Shown one piece after another: positions 1-12,396 of a DNA stretch of 64,000 nucleotides. Each line of letters begins with the position of its first letter. The first letter of the stretch is position 1. The stretch comes from Eledone cirrhosa (taxonomy: Eukaryota), in NCBI GenBank assembly GCA_964016885.1, contig OZ024743.1, forward strand, positions 300,018,001-300,082,000. The letters are read 5' to 3'. A program made the translations under genes and the position numbers. Under the pieces are notes generated by a model. The model worked only from the letters and a program-made list of their open reading frames with translations, did no database searches and was not told the DNA's origin.

Positions 1-76
1 ACATAGCGATCTTAGCCATTTTTGAATCTAAATTCGGCGCGGTCGGTTTGAGAAAATAAATGTCTGATTCTGAGTT

Positions 77-156
77 TATCCCCTGATGAATCCTAACTCA
101 GGATATTTCCATATTATTTGGATGTCCTAAATAAGGAAGAAACCATGGTAGGGATA
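77..156 (+). ncRNA. Type I hammerhead ribozyme (PLE/retrozyme type)
   Basis: Stem I TATCCC (77-82)/GGGATA (151-156); core CTGATGA (83-89); stem II TCCT..AGGA with inner AGGATATTTCCA/TGGATGTCCT; GAAAC-CATG-GTA (139-150), giving palindromic stem III ACCATGGT and a GUA cleavage triplet. Confidence 0.82.
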
Positions 157-549
157 TAATTACGGTATGTGCGCATTTCTTCTAGGTTTAATTTTACTAC
201 TAATTAAGTGCGGTTGATGGTATATTTGATCGGATTCCGCATGCTGCCGAAATGTTTGATAAATAGTGGAACGGAGCTGCTGCGAAGAGGCTACGATCAA
301 TTGTTTGTCAGGGATTTCCCCGTAAGAAAATTTATTCTTAAAGCTTGCTAGATTTGATTTTGTATATGGTTAATTATGCTGATTGGAGGAAGAAATAGTA
401 TATATCTTAATATCTGATTGATTCTATAGACATGTTTTATGATATAATGCTCTGATTTTTTATTTTAATTTATTAATTCTTCATTGAGCTTAAAAGTGAA
501 CAGTTGCAACATATATATATCTTTGATTTAATTTTATGTATGTGATAAC

Positions 550-551
<2 letters not shown>

Positions 552-618
<67 letters not shown>

Positions 619-638
619 TATATACATATAACATACAC

Positions 639-685
<47 letters not shown>

Positions 686-697
686 TACAAATACACG

Positions 698-759
<62 letters not shown>

Positions 760-798
760 TTCACATACATACACACACACATATATACACATACATAC

Positions 799-829
<31 letters not shown>

Positions 830-1115
830 CACATATATATACACATATACACATATACATATACACATTTACATATATATATATACACACACACACACAC
901 ACTCATATATACACATATATACACACACATATATAAATAATAAATAAATACATAAATACACACACAGAGAGAGAACCACACAAACACATACACACAAATA
1001 CCCACACACACACACGCATATATATATATATATATATACACGCATACCCACACACACACATACACACGAATATATACACATACAAATAAATAAGTACTCA
1101 ATAAATATACGCATA
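552..1115. repeat. Compound (TA)n/(CA)n microsatellite tract, probably part of the 3' tail of the adjacent minus-strand PLE fragment
   Basis: Dinucleotide repeats seen directly; lies downstream of the PLE stop codon at 1262. Confidence 0.8.
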
Positions 1116-1261
1116 TACACAGGCACATAAAAACAGCTCTACAGGCAGAAAATGCAGATAGGTAAGAGGTACTCACATAACCATAGTGGCCGTATTTCAG
1201 GTTGAGGAGGGGTGAGGTTGGGTGGGAAGGAGGTATAGGAGCCAATAGGACGAGGTCGGTT

Positions 1262-1558
1262 TTAGCCATCGGGCTTTAACACTGGCTTAAAGTTTTTGAA
1301 AGTTGCAAAGTTCTTCTGCATGCAGTTCGGGCAGTGTTCAGAGAGTTTGTTCAGTAGCAGGCCCTTGGCGAATAAAATTTCGTAGCTCTCTGAGATACAA
1401 AGGTCGCAGCCCTTGTGTCCTCCTTTGTAAGAGCGCGCTGGTTGGAGTATTTTCCATTTAAGCGTGAAGAGGGTGGAGTTCCTTTTAATAAGGTCCCAAA
1501 CATAGGAGGCGAGTGTTGTCTGGTTTGATTTGTTCAGTCTTCTGAAGGAGTGGGTATG
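1262..1558 (-). pseudogene. 5'-truncated PLE fragment, C-terminus of GIY-YIG endonuclease
   Basis: Manual translation HTHSFRRLNKSNQTTLASYVWDLIKRNSTLFTLKWKILQPARSYKGGHKGCDLCISESYEILFAKGLLLNK...DG* aligns with the C-terminus of the 18603 ORF (HKHSF..TTSLA..W..L..A.PY..C.LC..E..EI..LLNK). Abuts (TA)n at 1560. Confidence 0.85.
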
Positions 1559-1560
1559 GG

Positions 1561-1607
<47 letters not shown>

Positions 1608-1739
1608 AGTAGCAGAAAATTGCTTATTGTAATCCAGTTCGTGGTTAAGACACCCATTTTCATGCACAGTTTCAACGTACGGTTAGGGGTAACTCCAAAA
1701 GTTTATTTATTTATTTATTTGTATATATATATGTATTTA

Positions 1740-2110
1740 TCCCTCTATCTCTCCCCCTCCCTCTCTCTCTTTCTTTCTCTCTCTCTCTCTCTCTCTCCCT
1801 CTCCATCCCTCCCTCTATAAACAATTAAATTCTCTTTAACTCCCTACACTCTAAATCGACGACATCATGTCTACATATATCAAAACTGATCAAAGATTCC
1901 TTCCACCTCTACCCCTCCCTCCATCTCAGTTTGTCACCCTACTTCCTAATACTTCTCCCCCTTCCTATCTCTCTCTACTACTCCCTTTGTTCCTCCAGAT
2001 TCTAATTCCTCTTCCTCTCTCTCTATACTAGCAAATACAATTCAAGAAAATGTTTTTTCTATATATTAAGAACTTGTTAAGAGTAACTTATTCACTATTT
2101 TGAAAATTTG
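1740..2110 (+). repeat. 5' pseudo-LTR (direct repeat of 4795-5180)
   Basis: CCCTCTATCTCTCCC..(CT)n..CTCTAAATCGAC..CAAAGATTCCTTCCACC..TTCACTATTTTGAAAA present at both locations with scattered substitutions. Confidence 0.9.
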
Positions 2111-2228
2111 AAACCGTCCATGAAACTGGCTGTTTTAACCACGAACTGGATTACAATAAGCAATTTTCTGTTCCCCTAACTATAGGCTCCTTATCGGTCG
2201 AGCATCCACCTAAACATACGGTAGTACT

Positions 2229-4552
2229 ATGGAAAAGCATTACATATGTATGTCCCTAAATAACATTCCTATACCTTTGAGAAAGGAGTACACTGTCGGG
2301 ATGATACAGCGAACAAACGACTTCATACGCCGGGTTAGATAGAAAACGTTCCATTTCGACAAAGGATGTAACGGTCGAACCGTGGAATGTCACATGGAAA
2401 CATACGGCTTCAAATCATGTAGGAACCCAATTACCAACCCTCAACTGGATGTCTTTGAACAGGAATTACTGAAGATGATTATGAATATCAAATTCAAAAA
2501 GCGGAGGAATAATAAACTGCAGAATGACATGAATTCATTCCTAAAAAAAGCTGCGAACCACCAATGGAATTATTGTCAAAGCGGATAAAACCTCAAATGT
2601 GTATATGATGGATATTAATAATAAACAATAGCTTCATACGGAAGGAATTACATAGGGAATTCAAAAAAGCTAACGAGACGGCACTAATAAACATCAACAA
2701 CGAGGCACACAATATAGTCAAACGCCTAGGAATAGAGGACATATCGGAGCCACTTAGGCCATGTACCCCACATGTAATGTCAAGGACCATAAGGTAAATT
2801 TTGATTATAACCCCACAATTAGACTTATATGCCCGTCCAAATCGGACATTGCGAAAATTAGTAAACATATATTAGACAGAGTGATAGCACAAATGAAGAA
2901 TAAACTAGTAATTAAACTATGGGGTAATTCTACCGAAACAATTAAATGGTTTAACAATATAGCTAACAAAAAATTATCTAAGTTTATACAGTTTGACATT
3001 AACGACTATTACTCCTCTACATCTCTCAACAGCTTGGATAAAGCCTTAGCATTCGCCAAAGCCAATTCTGACCTGACAGACGACGAGATAAAAATGATAT
3101 TATTTGCTAGGAAAACAATAATTAAATTTGAAAATTCCTATTGGGAACGTAAGGATAGATTAAATAAATTCGACATCATGATGGGCGCTAATGACTCGAC
3201 TCAAGTCACAGATTTAGTAGGTATTCACATAGCCCATAATTTACAGAGGGAGTTTAGCGACCTTCATGGTGGAATCTACAGAGACGACGCCCCTTTTTCT
3301 CGTTCAGAACATAAATAACCAGAGCATAGAAAGACTGCGTAAGAATATTAGAAAGACTATCGGGAAACTGGGCCTTAGCATAACGTATGAATATAGCACT
3401 AAAATAGTTAAGTTTCTAGACGCGACGCTTAACCTAAATACGGGACTTGTAAGACCTTTTCACAAGATTAATGAAAACTTAGCATATATCAACTGTAATT
3501 CGAACCACCCACTATCCATAATTAAATCCGTTCCGCGCAGCATATACCTTAGGATCTCCTGCCTCTCGTCTAACCAACACATCTTCGAGGAACATGCAGA
3601 GTACTACAATACCGCACTAGAAAAGGCAGGACACTTAGATAGAGTTGAATATATAGATGAAAGCCTCCGCAAAGCACACACGAACACGCATAACACAAAC
3701 TCCAGAAACACACGCATACACACACATTAACGCATAGAACTACAAATTATAATGAGCATAGAAATACAACATCGAAATCAAGCAGGTCACGCAGTAGATA
3801 ATATATTTGGTATAACCCCATATTTAAGACCTCTACCTTCTTTAGAATAATAAATAAGCACTTTCCAGATTCACATATATACAGCAAAATCCTTAACACT
3901 AAATCTATTAGACTATCTTACTCCACGGCACCAAACATAGAGGCACACATTAAGATGATTAACGCTAAAAAGATACGTAACAACACCAGAACACAAATGT
4001 ATAACAATAACAATACAATTACCATTGAACACAACACAATATCTAATACACAACCACCCACTAATAGGCAAACAAGACGTAACACACTTGTACAGGCATC
4101 GCAGCCCACTAATAATGCCAAGGTTGCCCATGACAATAATTGTAATTGCCACCTACCTGAAACCTGTCCATTACATAACAAATGTATGCAGTCTAACCTG
4201 GTTTGCCAATGAACAGTGGAATCAGACAACCAGAAATGGTATTACATCGGACCGACTGGGAATACATTTAAAGCTCGTTGGTATACACACCGTTACGCAA
4301 TGTAACTCCCCCGCGAACAAGACTTGGCAACTGAGGGAAAGTAACAATCAATACACCCTGAAGTGGAAAAAATTATCCAACGCGGCTCCATATCGGAGTG
4401 ATATGAGAAGCTGTCGATTATGTGACCTTGAGCTGTTCCACATTTTGAGTTCGAAAAATAAGTTACTCAACAATAAAATCGAAAGATCAATTTATTGTAA
4501 CCATAGACACAAAGAAAAGTTTTCGCCCTACAAGTGCAAATCAAACCCTTAA
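2229..4552 (+). pseudogene. PLE polyprotein (RT + C-terminal GIY-YIG), multiple stops and frameshifts
   Basis: Starts MEKHYICMSLNNIPIP; RT motifs FIQFDINDYYSS, FDIMMGANDSTQVTDLVG, GGIYRDD, VKFLDATL; CNC..CP..KC then YYIGPTGNTFKARW and CRLCDLE. Collinear with the 18603-21044 ORF. Confidence 0.9.
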
Positions 4553-4794
4553 CCTCTTACTACCGCCTGACAAACTGCATATACCTAGACTTCTAGCCTC
4601 TTATTGTATACAACCCCTTTAATTACCCACAAAAACCAATACCTATATCCCTCCCTTTTCCTTCATTCCTTTGCTATTTATTTTCGTTTTCTTCCTTTCT
4701 TCTCTCTCTTCTTTTATGTGTTTTCTTTTCTTCTAGCCACCCCCCTCTTTATTTTATTTATTTTATTTTTTTTAAAATATATATATATATTTAT

Positions 4795-4801
4795 CCCTCT
4801 A

Positions 4802-4877
<76 letters not shown>

Positions 4878-5180
4878 CCTCCCACTATAAACAATTTAAC
4901 TCTCTTTAACTCACTACACTCTAAATCGACGAAATCATGTCTACATATATCAAAAGTGTTCAAAGATTCCTTCCACCTCTACCCCTCCCTCCATTTCAGT
5001 TTGTCACCCTACTTCCTATTCTTCTACCCCTTTCTCTCTCTCTATACTACTCCCTTTGTCCCTCCACTTTCTAATTCATCTACCTCTCTCTCTATACTAG
5101 CAAATACAATTTAAAAAAAATGTTTTTCTATATATTAAGAACATGTTAAGAGTAACTTATTCACTATTTTGAAAAGTTGG
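4795..5180 (+). repeat. 3' pseudo-LTR (direct repeat of 1740-2110)
   Basis: Direct sequence match to 1740-2110. Confidence 0.9.
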
Positions 5181-5265
5181 ACGTGTACAACAATTATTAT
5201 TGAGTGTCTGCTATTTGCAGTATAACAATATAAGGCTGCAATTACCAAGGAAACGGTCGTAAACA
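5165..5265 (+). ncRNA. Degenerate hammerhead-like motif at PLE 3' end
   Basis: TATT-TTGAAAA (CTGANGA-like, mutated)..TTGG..CCAA..GAAAC-GGTC-GTA; second copy at ~41316-41415. Core is non-canonical. Confidence 0.4.
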
Positions 5266-5745
5266 CATGGATAAAATCCTTTTATTAATGCTTACCTGTG
5301 TTTTTTCTTCTATCCTATATATATATATATTAGGTGCAGTATATTTAGAAGAACACATACGCGTTTCGCCACATTACTTCTTTGATAGCCAGGTTTTCGT
5401 GTGGCTATTGTACATATAGACATCGTATGCGCTTTCATATACACCCATTTAGTTCTACTGGCAATGTATATATATATATATAAATGTAATCTGAGTTTTT
5501 TGAATAATAATAATCGATTCATTTGCAATTATGCAAGCAGCCTTTTTTTAAGCCATGTCAGTAGAATGAACATCCCCCCCCCCATTCTTGCTCTTGTGTT
5601 GGCATGCAAATAGAACTGCAGACACTAATGTTTCTGGGTGATTACCCTTTAACAGTGCAGTTTACTCTTCACCTACCAACTGTCAGAGCTAGTGAAAATA
5701 TATATTTTCTAAAATGCACAGTGACTGCAGAGCGATAATTATGTG

Positions 5746-5829
<84 letters not shown>

Positions 5830-5841
5830 ATATATATAGAG

Positions 5842-5923
<82 letters not shown>

Positions 5924-5973
5924 TAATAAAAACAATGAATAGAAACAAAGAACAAGTTCCTTATATTGAAAAA

Positions 5974-6112
5974 TTCATCATTTTACGATCGTTTCTAGGA
6001 TATATATGAGTGTTGGTATGTATATCATATAGATCCATGTAAAAAAAATGTACAAACTATGAGAGGAAATACACATACCTTCACATATATATCCTGTCTT
6101 CAAAAATAATGA
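5974..6112 (-). ncRNA. Type I hammerhead homolog with mutated core (TTGAAGA)
   Basis: Minus strand: TCATTATTT-TTGAAGA-CAGGATATATATG..CATATATATCCTA-GAAAC-GATC-GTA-AAATGATGA. Confidence 0.65.
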
Positions 6113-6359
6113 TATTTGTTTATTGAAAAAAACCAACAAAGATTTAATATAATAGGTCTGTTTGGGAATCGACCAATAGAAAAATAGTAAGAGGTCAAGT
6201 TGCTAGAATAGTAGTAGTAGAAATTTAATTTAGGGGTAGAGGAATGCAGACTTAAGTTTTGAATGGAAAGAATACTTTGAACGAAAAGAATACTTTGGGG
6301 ATGAAAAGAGGTCAAGGCGGTGAAAGGTACACGAACATTTGATGCTATTAAAGAATAAT

Positions 6360-6534
6360 TGTTTCTACTTTAGGCACAAGGCCAGCAATTACCCAGTGCA
6401 TTACTTTATTTTATCGACCCCGTAAGGATGAAAGGCAAAGACAACCTCGGCGAGATTTGAACTCAGATCGTAAAGGGACGTAACTATGCCGGAAAGCATG
6501 GCGTCCGACACTCTACTAATACTGCCAATCCACC
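6360..6534 (-). mobile_element. tRNA-derived SINE (octopus-type) with 19-bp TSD
   Basis: A-box-like TGGCAGTATTAG and B-box GTTCAAATC on minus strand; body CCGAGGTTGTCTTTGCCTTTCATCC..GGGGTCGATAAA; TSD GATGCTATTAAAGAATAAT at 6341-6359 and 6535-6553; further copies at 40258, 46098, 60690. Confidence 0.9.
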
Positions 6535-7571
6535 GATGCTATTAAAGAATAATGTTAATGTTAAAACCGAAGGAGAATCAAATTATAGGGTAAAGGTCTT
6601 AGTGAGAAGTACCAATCTTATTTAAAACACAAAGAATTTAGATCTAATACAAGAAATTATATTAATTGATAGGTATACTTATAGGGATAAATTTATATTA
6701 ATTCATATGGATGTGATAAATAAGAATTACATGTTATTAAAGAATGTTGTTAAAAACGAAGGAAAATAAAATTTTGAGATAAATGTAGTAGTGAGAAATA
6801 CCAATCTTATATAGACTACAAGGAATCTAGATTCATAACAGGAAATTAAATTAATTTATATGTATACTTTTAGGTATTAATTTTAGGAAAAGAGAGCTGT
6901 AAGAGGGAAATAAAATTATGAAGTTCTCTGTAGTAAAGTATTAATTATAGGTTAACTAAATAAAAAAAATATAATTATAATAATATGTAAAATATAAGTG
7001 TAAGGTGTATATTAATTAGGTTTATAATATTTGAAAGTTCTTCTAATTCTATGATTGCAAGATATAATTAATTCTTGTCACTTATTTAATAGGATATCCT
7101 TAGATTTCATTATTTCAAAAGGTTCTTGGGAGCATAATCTACACTCATATCTGTTATTTTGATAAGGAGTGGCCCTTTTGAGTGGCCCTTTTGTAATCGG
7201 TATTCTTTTTCTATAATTATTAATTGTTTCAGCCAATGATGTTGTATTAGTTAATAAGATAATTTCCCTTTAATGGGCAATTTCTTTTGTTTCTACAGTT
7301 ACAACCATTCGTGAATATCATATCATGGGAGTTAGTCAAATTTGGTGTGGAATCTACTCGACTTGTTATATGTTAAGGAGATGGTGGTTTGTTGCGGTTT
7401 ATTTTAATATCATGGTTGGTTTGATGTGTTGGTGGTATATTCGTGTTTTTTTTTTTACATATATATGCATTGTACGCACTTATATTTTGGTGTATATTTT
7501 TGGTAGTGGAGTAGTATATATATAACCTACACACTATGACTTATATATATATATAACCTGCTCACTATGAG

Positions 7572-7612
<41 letters not shown>

Positions 7613-8629
7613 CATATGAAGCTCGCACGGCCATGACTTCAAATTCCAACTTTAAGTCTTGTATATTTACCAGTCATTTCTTGTTAACGCATCGAAGATG
7701 CGGAATGATATCCCTGTTTTCAGTTACATAGTAATATTGATTGGTAAGAAAAAAATAGACATAAAATAATATGTATGAATGTATGAGGTTGTTGACGTTT
7801 GTGATGTGTTCGATACATCTGTGATATTTGTGCCGAGCGTGTGTCTACCTCCGTGTTTCTATATTTGCGTATATGTGTGAGCGTATGTGTGCGGATTGTC
7901 TTTGCGAATTACGTTATTTGTCCTTTTATATTGTCAAAGCTTTGTTTTCGAGAACGGATTATGCTTTCAAATATATATACATTACATTAATCGTAGATTA
8001 AGATTAACTATTTTCTTGTATAGTTTTTACTTGTCTTTTGTACAGGCCTTATACTGTTCAAATGATTTCCCCTGTGAATCGGTTGCAAACAGTATTTCAT
8101 TTCGATTACTATTCATCTCATTATTCTCGTAGTCTTCTAATGACATACACGAGCTGTTGTTTTAAACCTGCTTCACTTGTCTTTCATCTTCCGACCATAA
8201 ATTATCTTTCAACTCAATGAAGTCTATAATACGACTTTCGATAATATTTTTGATAGAATTAGTAGTGGTCGAAACAACTGCTAATTATTATTTAGTTTTG
8301 CTATTGTGTGCTCTACGTTCACACGATGCTGAGCTCAATTTCGTTTTTCATCCTTTCTAGCGTCTATACAATATGTACCAGTGAAATATAAGGATCAATA
8401 CAATCGATTCCCTCTAACACACGCTCTCGAAATATATTTCTTTTCGTCATGCTTAGTTAGGACATCAATATGTTTTTGTTTTTTTTTTATTATTGAGAAC
8501 AATCGAGATGCTGAATGCATAGTACACGGAATAAAATTTACACATTAAAAAAATCATATTCTGTGATATAATATACATTAAACAATGTAGTAGCGAAACA
8601 ATCGTTGCAGTGTTGGTGAACTAAATTCA

Positions 8630-8775
8630 TGGCTGTGCATCGGCAGAGTATTTAAAGAGTCGTACAAATGCTTGGCATAATTCGATCCGGGCATTTTACA
8701 TTCTAAGTTCAAACACACCGAGGTCAACTTTAACTTTCAACCATCTGTTGTTGATAATATAAAGATCCAGGAAAT
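8630..8775 (+). mobile_element. Old diverged tRNA-derived SINE
   Basis: GGCAGAG..AAATGCTT..TTCTAAGTTCAAACACACCGAGGTCAACTTTAACTTTCAACC resembles the SINE body at 44719 and 60690. Confidence 0.6.
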
Positions 8776-9149
8776 TTGCTGGCCATGTATCGACATTATA
8801 TTAGATATCTCTGGTAATATATATTGAAATTGTGGGATTAGTTTAATGGGTCATGATGCGTCTTTGCTTTTGTGAAAATGGAGGAAATATGAGTATCTTC
8901 TACAATTCCCGTTCCCAAAAATTTGAACATAAGAGCTAAAATGCAAACGGCGTTTTGCCAAATAATTACAGAGGTTATGCTCCACATTTCTTCCACCCGA
9001 CAAAATAGAGTATATATTGAAACGGTTCGGTTAAACGCGAACAAGAAAGTATTTTCTATTGGGTCATCCGCGTAAAAATTACTCTCTTCGCATGTCAGTT
9101 TCAGATACGGTTGTTTGCTCCACCAATAAATAATAATAATATTAATCAT

Positions 9150-9725
9150 AATAATGATTTATTTATTAGCCACAAGGGCCGAGACATATAGGACAATATA
9201 TATGACAGCGACAGTGAGTATTACCAAAAACAAAAATATAAACCTGCAAACAGCTAAAGAGATAACAAGAAACAATATAATTATGATAATAGAAATTCTC
9301 CAATAGCGAGAGGGGGAACAGTTGGAGGACGCCCACTGACCCTAAATCACCCTACTATCCAAGAATACCCTAAGAAGGTGCATGTCTCCTCTCTAAACAC
9401 TTAGGTCTACAGGTGCATGTTCAGAGTAGGACCATACCCTCTCTAAATTTACACACATTTTAACAAATATATTTGGGAAGGTGTGCAGCACTTCCCTCTC
9501 TACTCTCACTTCTTTTTCTAAGTTTAACAAGGAAACGTTGATGGGGGCTTGGCCGAAGAGGAAAGTGTATGTCTTAATTCCATTCAGTTTTGTCCACAAC
9601 ACAAACTCTTTCGCTACAGCCACCAAGCAGACGAAACTTGCTTGCACATCCCGGCCCCAAAAATATCGGCGGGATGATATTCACGATGGACTCGTTCACT
9701 AGCCGGATCCGCCCTACACGTTACA
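9150..9725 (-). mobile_element. 3' end fragment of Tx1/L1-like LINE
   Basis: Minus-strand translation FVCLVAVAKEFVLWTKLNGIK..LFGQ..KEVRVEREVL resembles the C-terminus of L1/Tx1 ORF2; followed by a short 3' UTR with AATAAATAAA and an AT-rich tail. Confidence 0.6.
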
Positions 9726-12361
9726 TTAACTGTTCGACAAAACTCTACAAGTCAGTAATGCATAAAATGGGCATTACTAAATTCTATACCTTATTTTGTC
9801 AGTAGTTTAGCTACACTGTTAGACAGCGTATTGATATCCTATTTGGTATTAATTTAGATATCATTTCTGTATGCTACCAGATTAGATTATTTTTTTGCGT
9901 TTTCTTTCAAGTGCTGCAAAGCTGTTGGCATTTAATCACATTATATTGCCCCACATTACATTTATCAATCTATTATTCATCTACATAAAGGACATTAATA
10001 TGAGTTACATTATTTTAATATTATCTACGTAAATGAGAGTAATCTAAGATAATTCATATTAAAGTTATATTTGATTTGGTAGCCATTTTTATATATGTTT
10101 TAACATATTGCAAAGGGAGTTTCAATTTCTAATAGTCTACACTATTAAATCTGATGTGAATATATTTATTCCGTATTAATTCATATTTCCGCTCCTTTAT
10201 TCGAGGTATATTAAATCTATCTATATTGATTCTGGAATATACAACTTCATACATAGGTATTGATGTTTGTGTGTCTTTAAGATTACTTTTCGTTCTATTT
10301 GAGAACCCTCACATTTGCGATGTGTTTGGAAACATAATAATATTTTCCATATGCGCACTAATATCAACAATAACCCATAAGTTTGAAATCTAAATATTAT
10401 CTCCATATTACCTTATATAGCTAATTGCATTATAGTAATGCAATTATAACCTTCCGCTCAAACATATTCTCTGGCTTCCTTGTTCTGTAATTGTATGCTA
10501 TCACTGCGCACTATTCATCTATTTCTTTCGTGTATTTTCACTAAACGTTTTAAAGTATTCAATGAATGAATACTTTATTACAAAGTGAATCGTAAATATA
10601 TCATGGACCTTTATGTTGCTTACCTATTTCCTATAGCGAGACGAAGAAACAATAGCCACCCGATGGGAAAATGATAATTGAATCTACATGAAATTTATTT
10701 AGCTTTTCTACACAAGTGATGAGCTACTACAGTTTTACAAAAAAAAAGAAAAAAAGAAATCAACCAAAATAGGTAAAACCAATCACTAACAACATTCCAA
10801 AGGTATCGAACTTATGATAAAGGAAATTAACATTGGAATAGTTCTCCCTTAAAATTAAAAAAGCTCAAATATTTACGAAATAAGATAATTATTTTCAAAG
10901 AAACTTGTACTGATCGCTATAGCATCACTTGATGTTTGTGTTTTCAAATTTAATCATTATTGAAATTAGAAAACGAGGAATCTCATTAATGTCTTTTTAA
11001 GTAAACAATCTTAAGATATTTCGAGAAAATCTATTTTCACGTGTACCAGTATCTAAATTTTAGATATACTTATTCTGTGGCAATGTATCTGACCTTTACT
11101 CTTCCTTCTCATCTTAAATCTACCAATATACGCACACCCATATATATATCTATATATATATATATATATATATATAGCTAAACGGAACCAACGAGGAAAA
11201 TGACATATTAAAACGAGGAAACATAGTTTAAAACTTGATATAGTAAGAAACAAACATTTACGTTTCAGACACAAGATAAAGAGTGCGAAGAAGGAGGAAC
11301 GGAATAAAAACTGTCAATCTTATTAAGACTGTAATAAACAAAATATAGTGTTGCGGCATCGTTTATCTAACTGACGAGAATTTCTGACCAGTTGGATTAT
11401 CAAACATATTTGAGCAACATTTTCAATTATCGTGTTTCATATACTAGACGTCATAATTTTTAAGAGGCCGACCTATTGCTTATAGAAAACCTGATTACTT
11501 TTCTAGCATATCAAGTTTTTACCTGAAGGAAAAATGTCGCTTTTTGTGTTGTAGTTATTGGCCATCAAATGGGCCTTAATGATGTTGTTTCCAATGCACA
11601 ATGAATTCCAGGAATGGTAAACACATTGTATCGTCAAAAACAATGGAAGTGATATGTATATGTAATTATTCAATTGAAGAACGTTAGTTGATTATAAATC
11701 TGCCATGTTAAAAAGATGTGAAGCAGTCTACGGTTTTTGTTCCTTGGGGTAAGGTAACGTCCGGAGTTTCAGCATATATATTTATATATATAGAGAGAAA
11801 AAAACGATTATTAGGACGAAAAATATGTTTTTTCCGTTATTTTTTTCCGGGGTTAGAAATTGTTTAAAACAAGTTATTTTACTTCCTGTGAAGTTTCAAA
11901 ACATTAATTAATTAATTTATTTATTAACAATAAGATTAACTTATTTATTAATTAATTAATTTATTTATTTATTAACAATATCATTAACTTATTTATTTAT
12001 TAATTAATTTATTTATTAATTAACAATTACCGGTTTCAGCATTTTATACATTTTCGATTGTGTGAGTGGGAGCGAAAAAAAAAGGAATTTGTGTTTGTAC
12101 AAAATGTAGAACAGAAATTAAGGTGATGTTAAACATGTTAGAGAAAGTAATGGAGGTAATGGGGAAGGAGAAATAATATTATTTACAAATATGGTTTTCG
12201 AAGTGAAGCAGTGCAAGCATCGTTTTTTAGTCGAGATTGTTGGCAAACGTTCCTTCTTTGAGGAGGCAAATGGCCGTCCGGGACTGGATGCGTTTTCCCT
12301 TTTTAGGAAATTAATATGCATGGTGAGGTAATTTTATAGAAGAAAGAGAGGTGAGGGGGTC

Positions 12362-12396
<35 letters not shown>

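Larger units (their letters stand above)
1601..5315 (+). mobile_element. Decayed full-length Penelope-like element with direct pseudo-LTRs and short 5' inversion
   Basis: Disrupted RT/GIY-YIG ORF (2229-4552) lies between direct repeats 1740-2110 and 4795-5180. 1601-1675 is an inverted copy of 2107-2183. (TA)n on both flanks. Confidence 0.88.
5920..7480 (-). mobile_element. Older, 5'-truncated and internally deleted relative of the 16.8-kb PLE
   Basis: 7012-7300 matches the GIY-YIG C-terminal coding region of the 18603 ORF (e.g. TTTAATAGGATATCCTTAGATTTCATTATTTCAAA); 5930-6190 matches the hammerhead-bearing 3' end at 14640-14905. Confidence 0.85.

Noticed and set aside
6360-6534. tRNA gene
   Set aside because: A/B boxes are present, but the sequence is a dispersed multi-copy element with TSD and no cloverleaf, i.e. 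a SINE.
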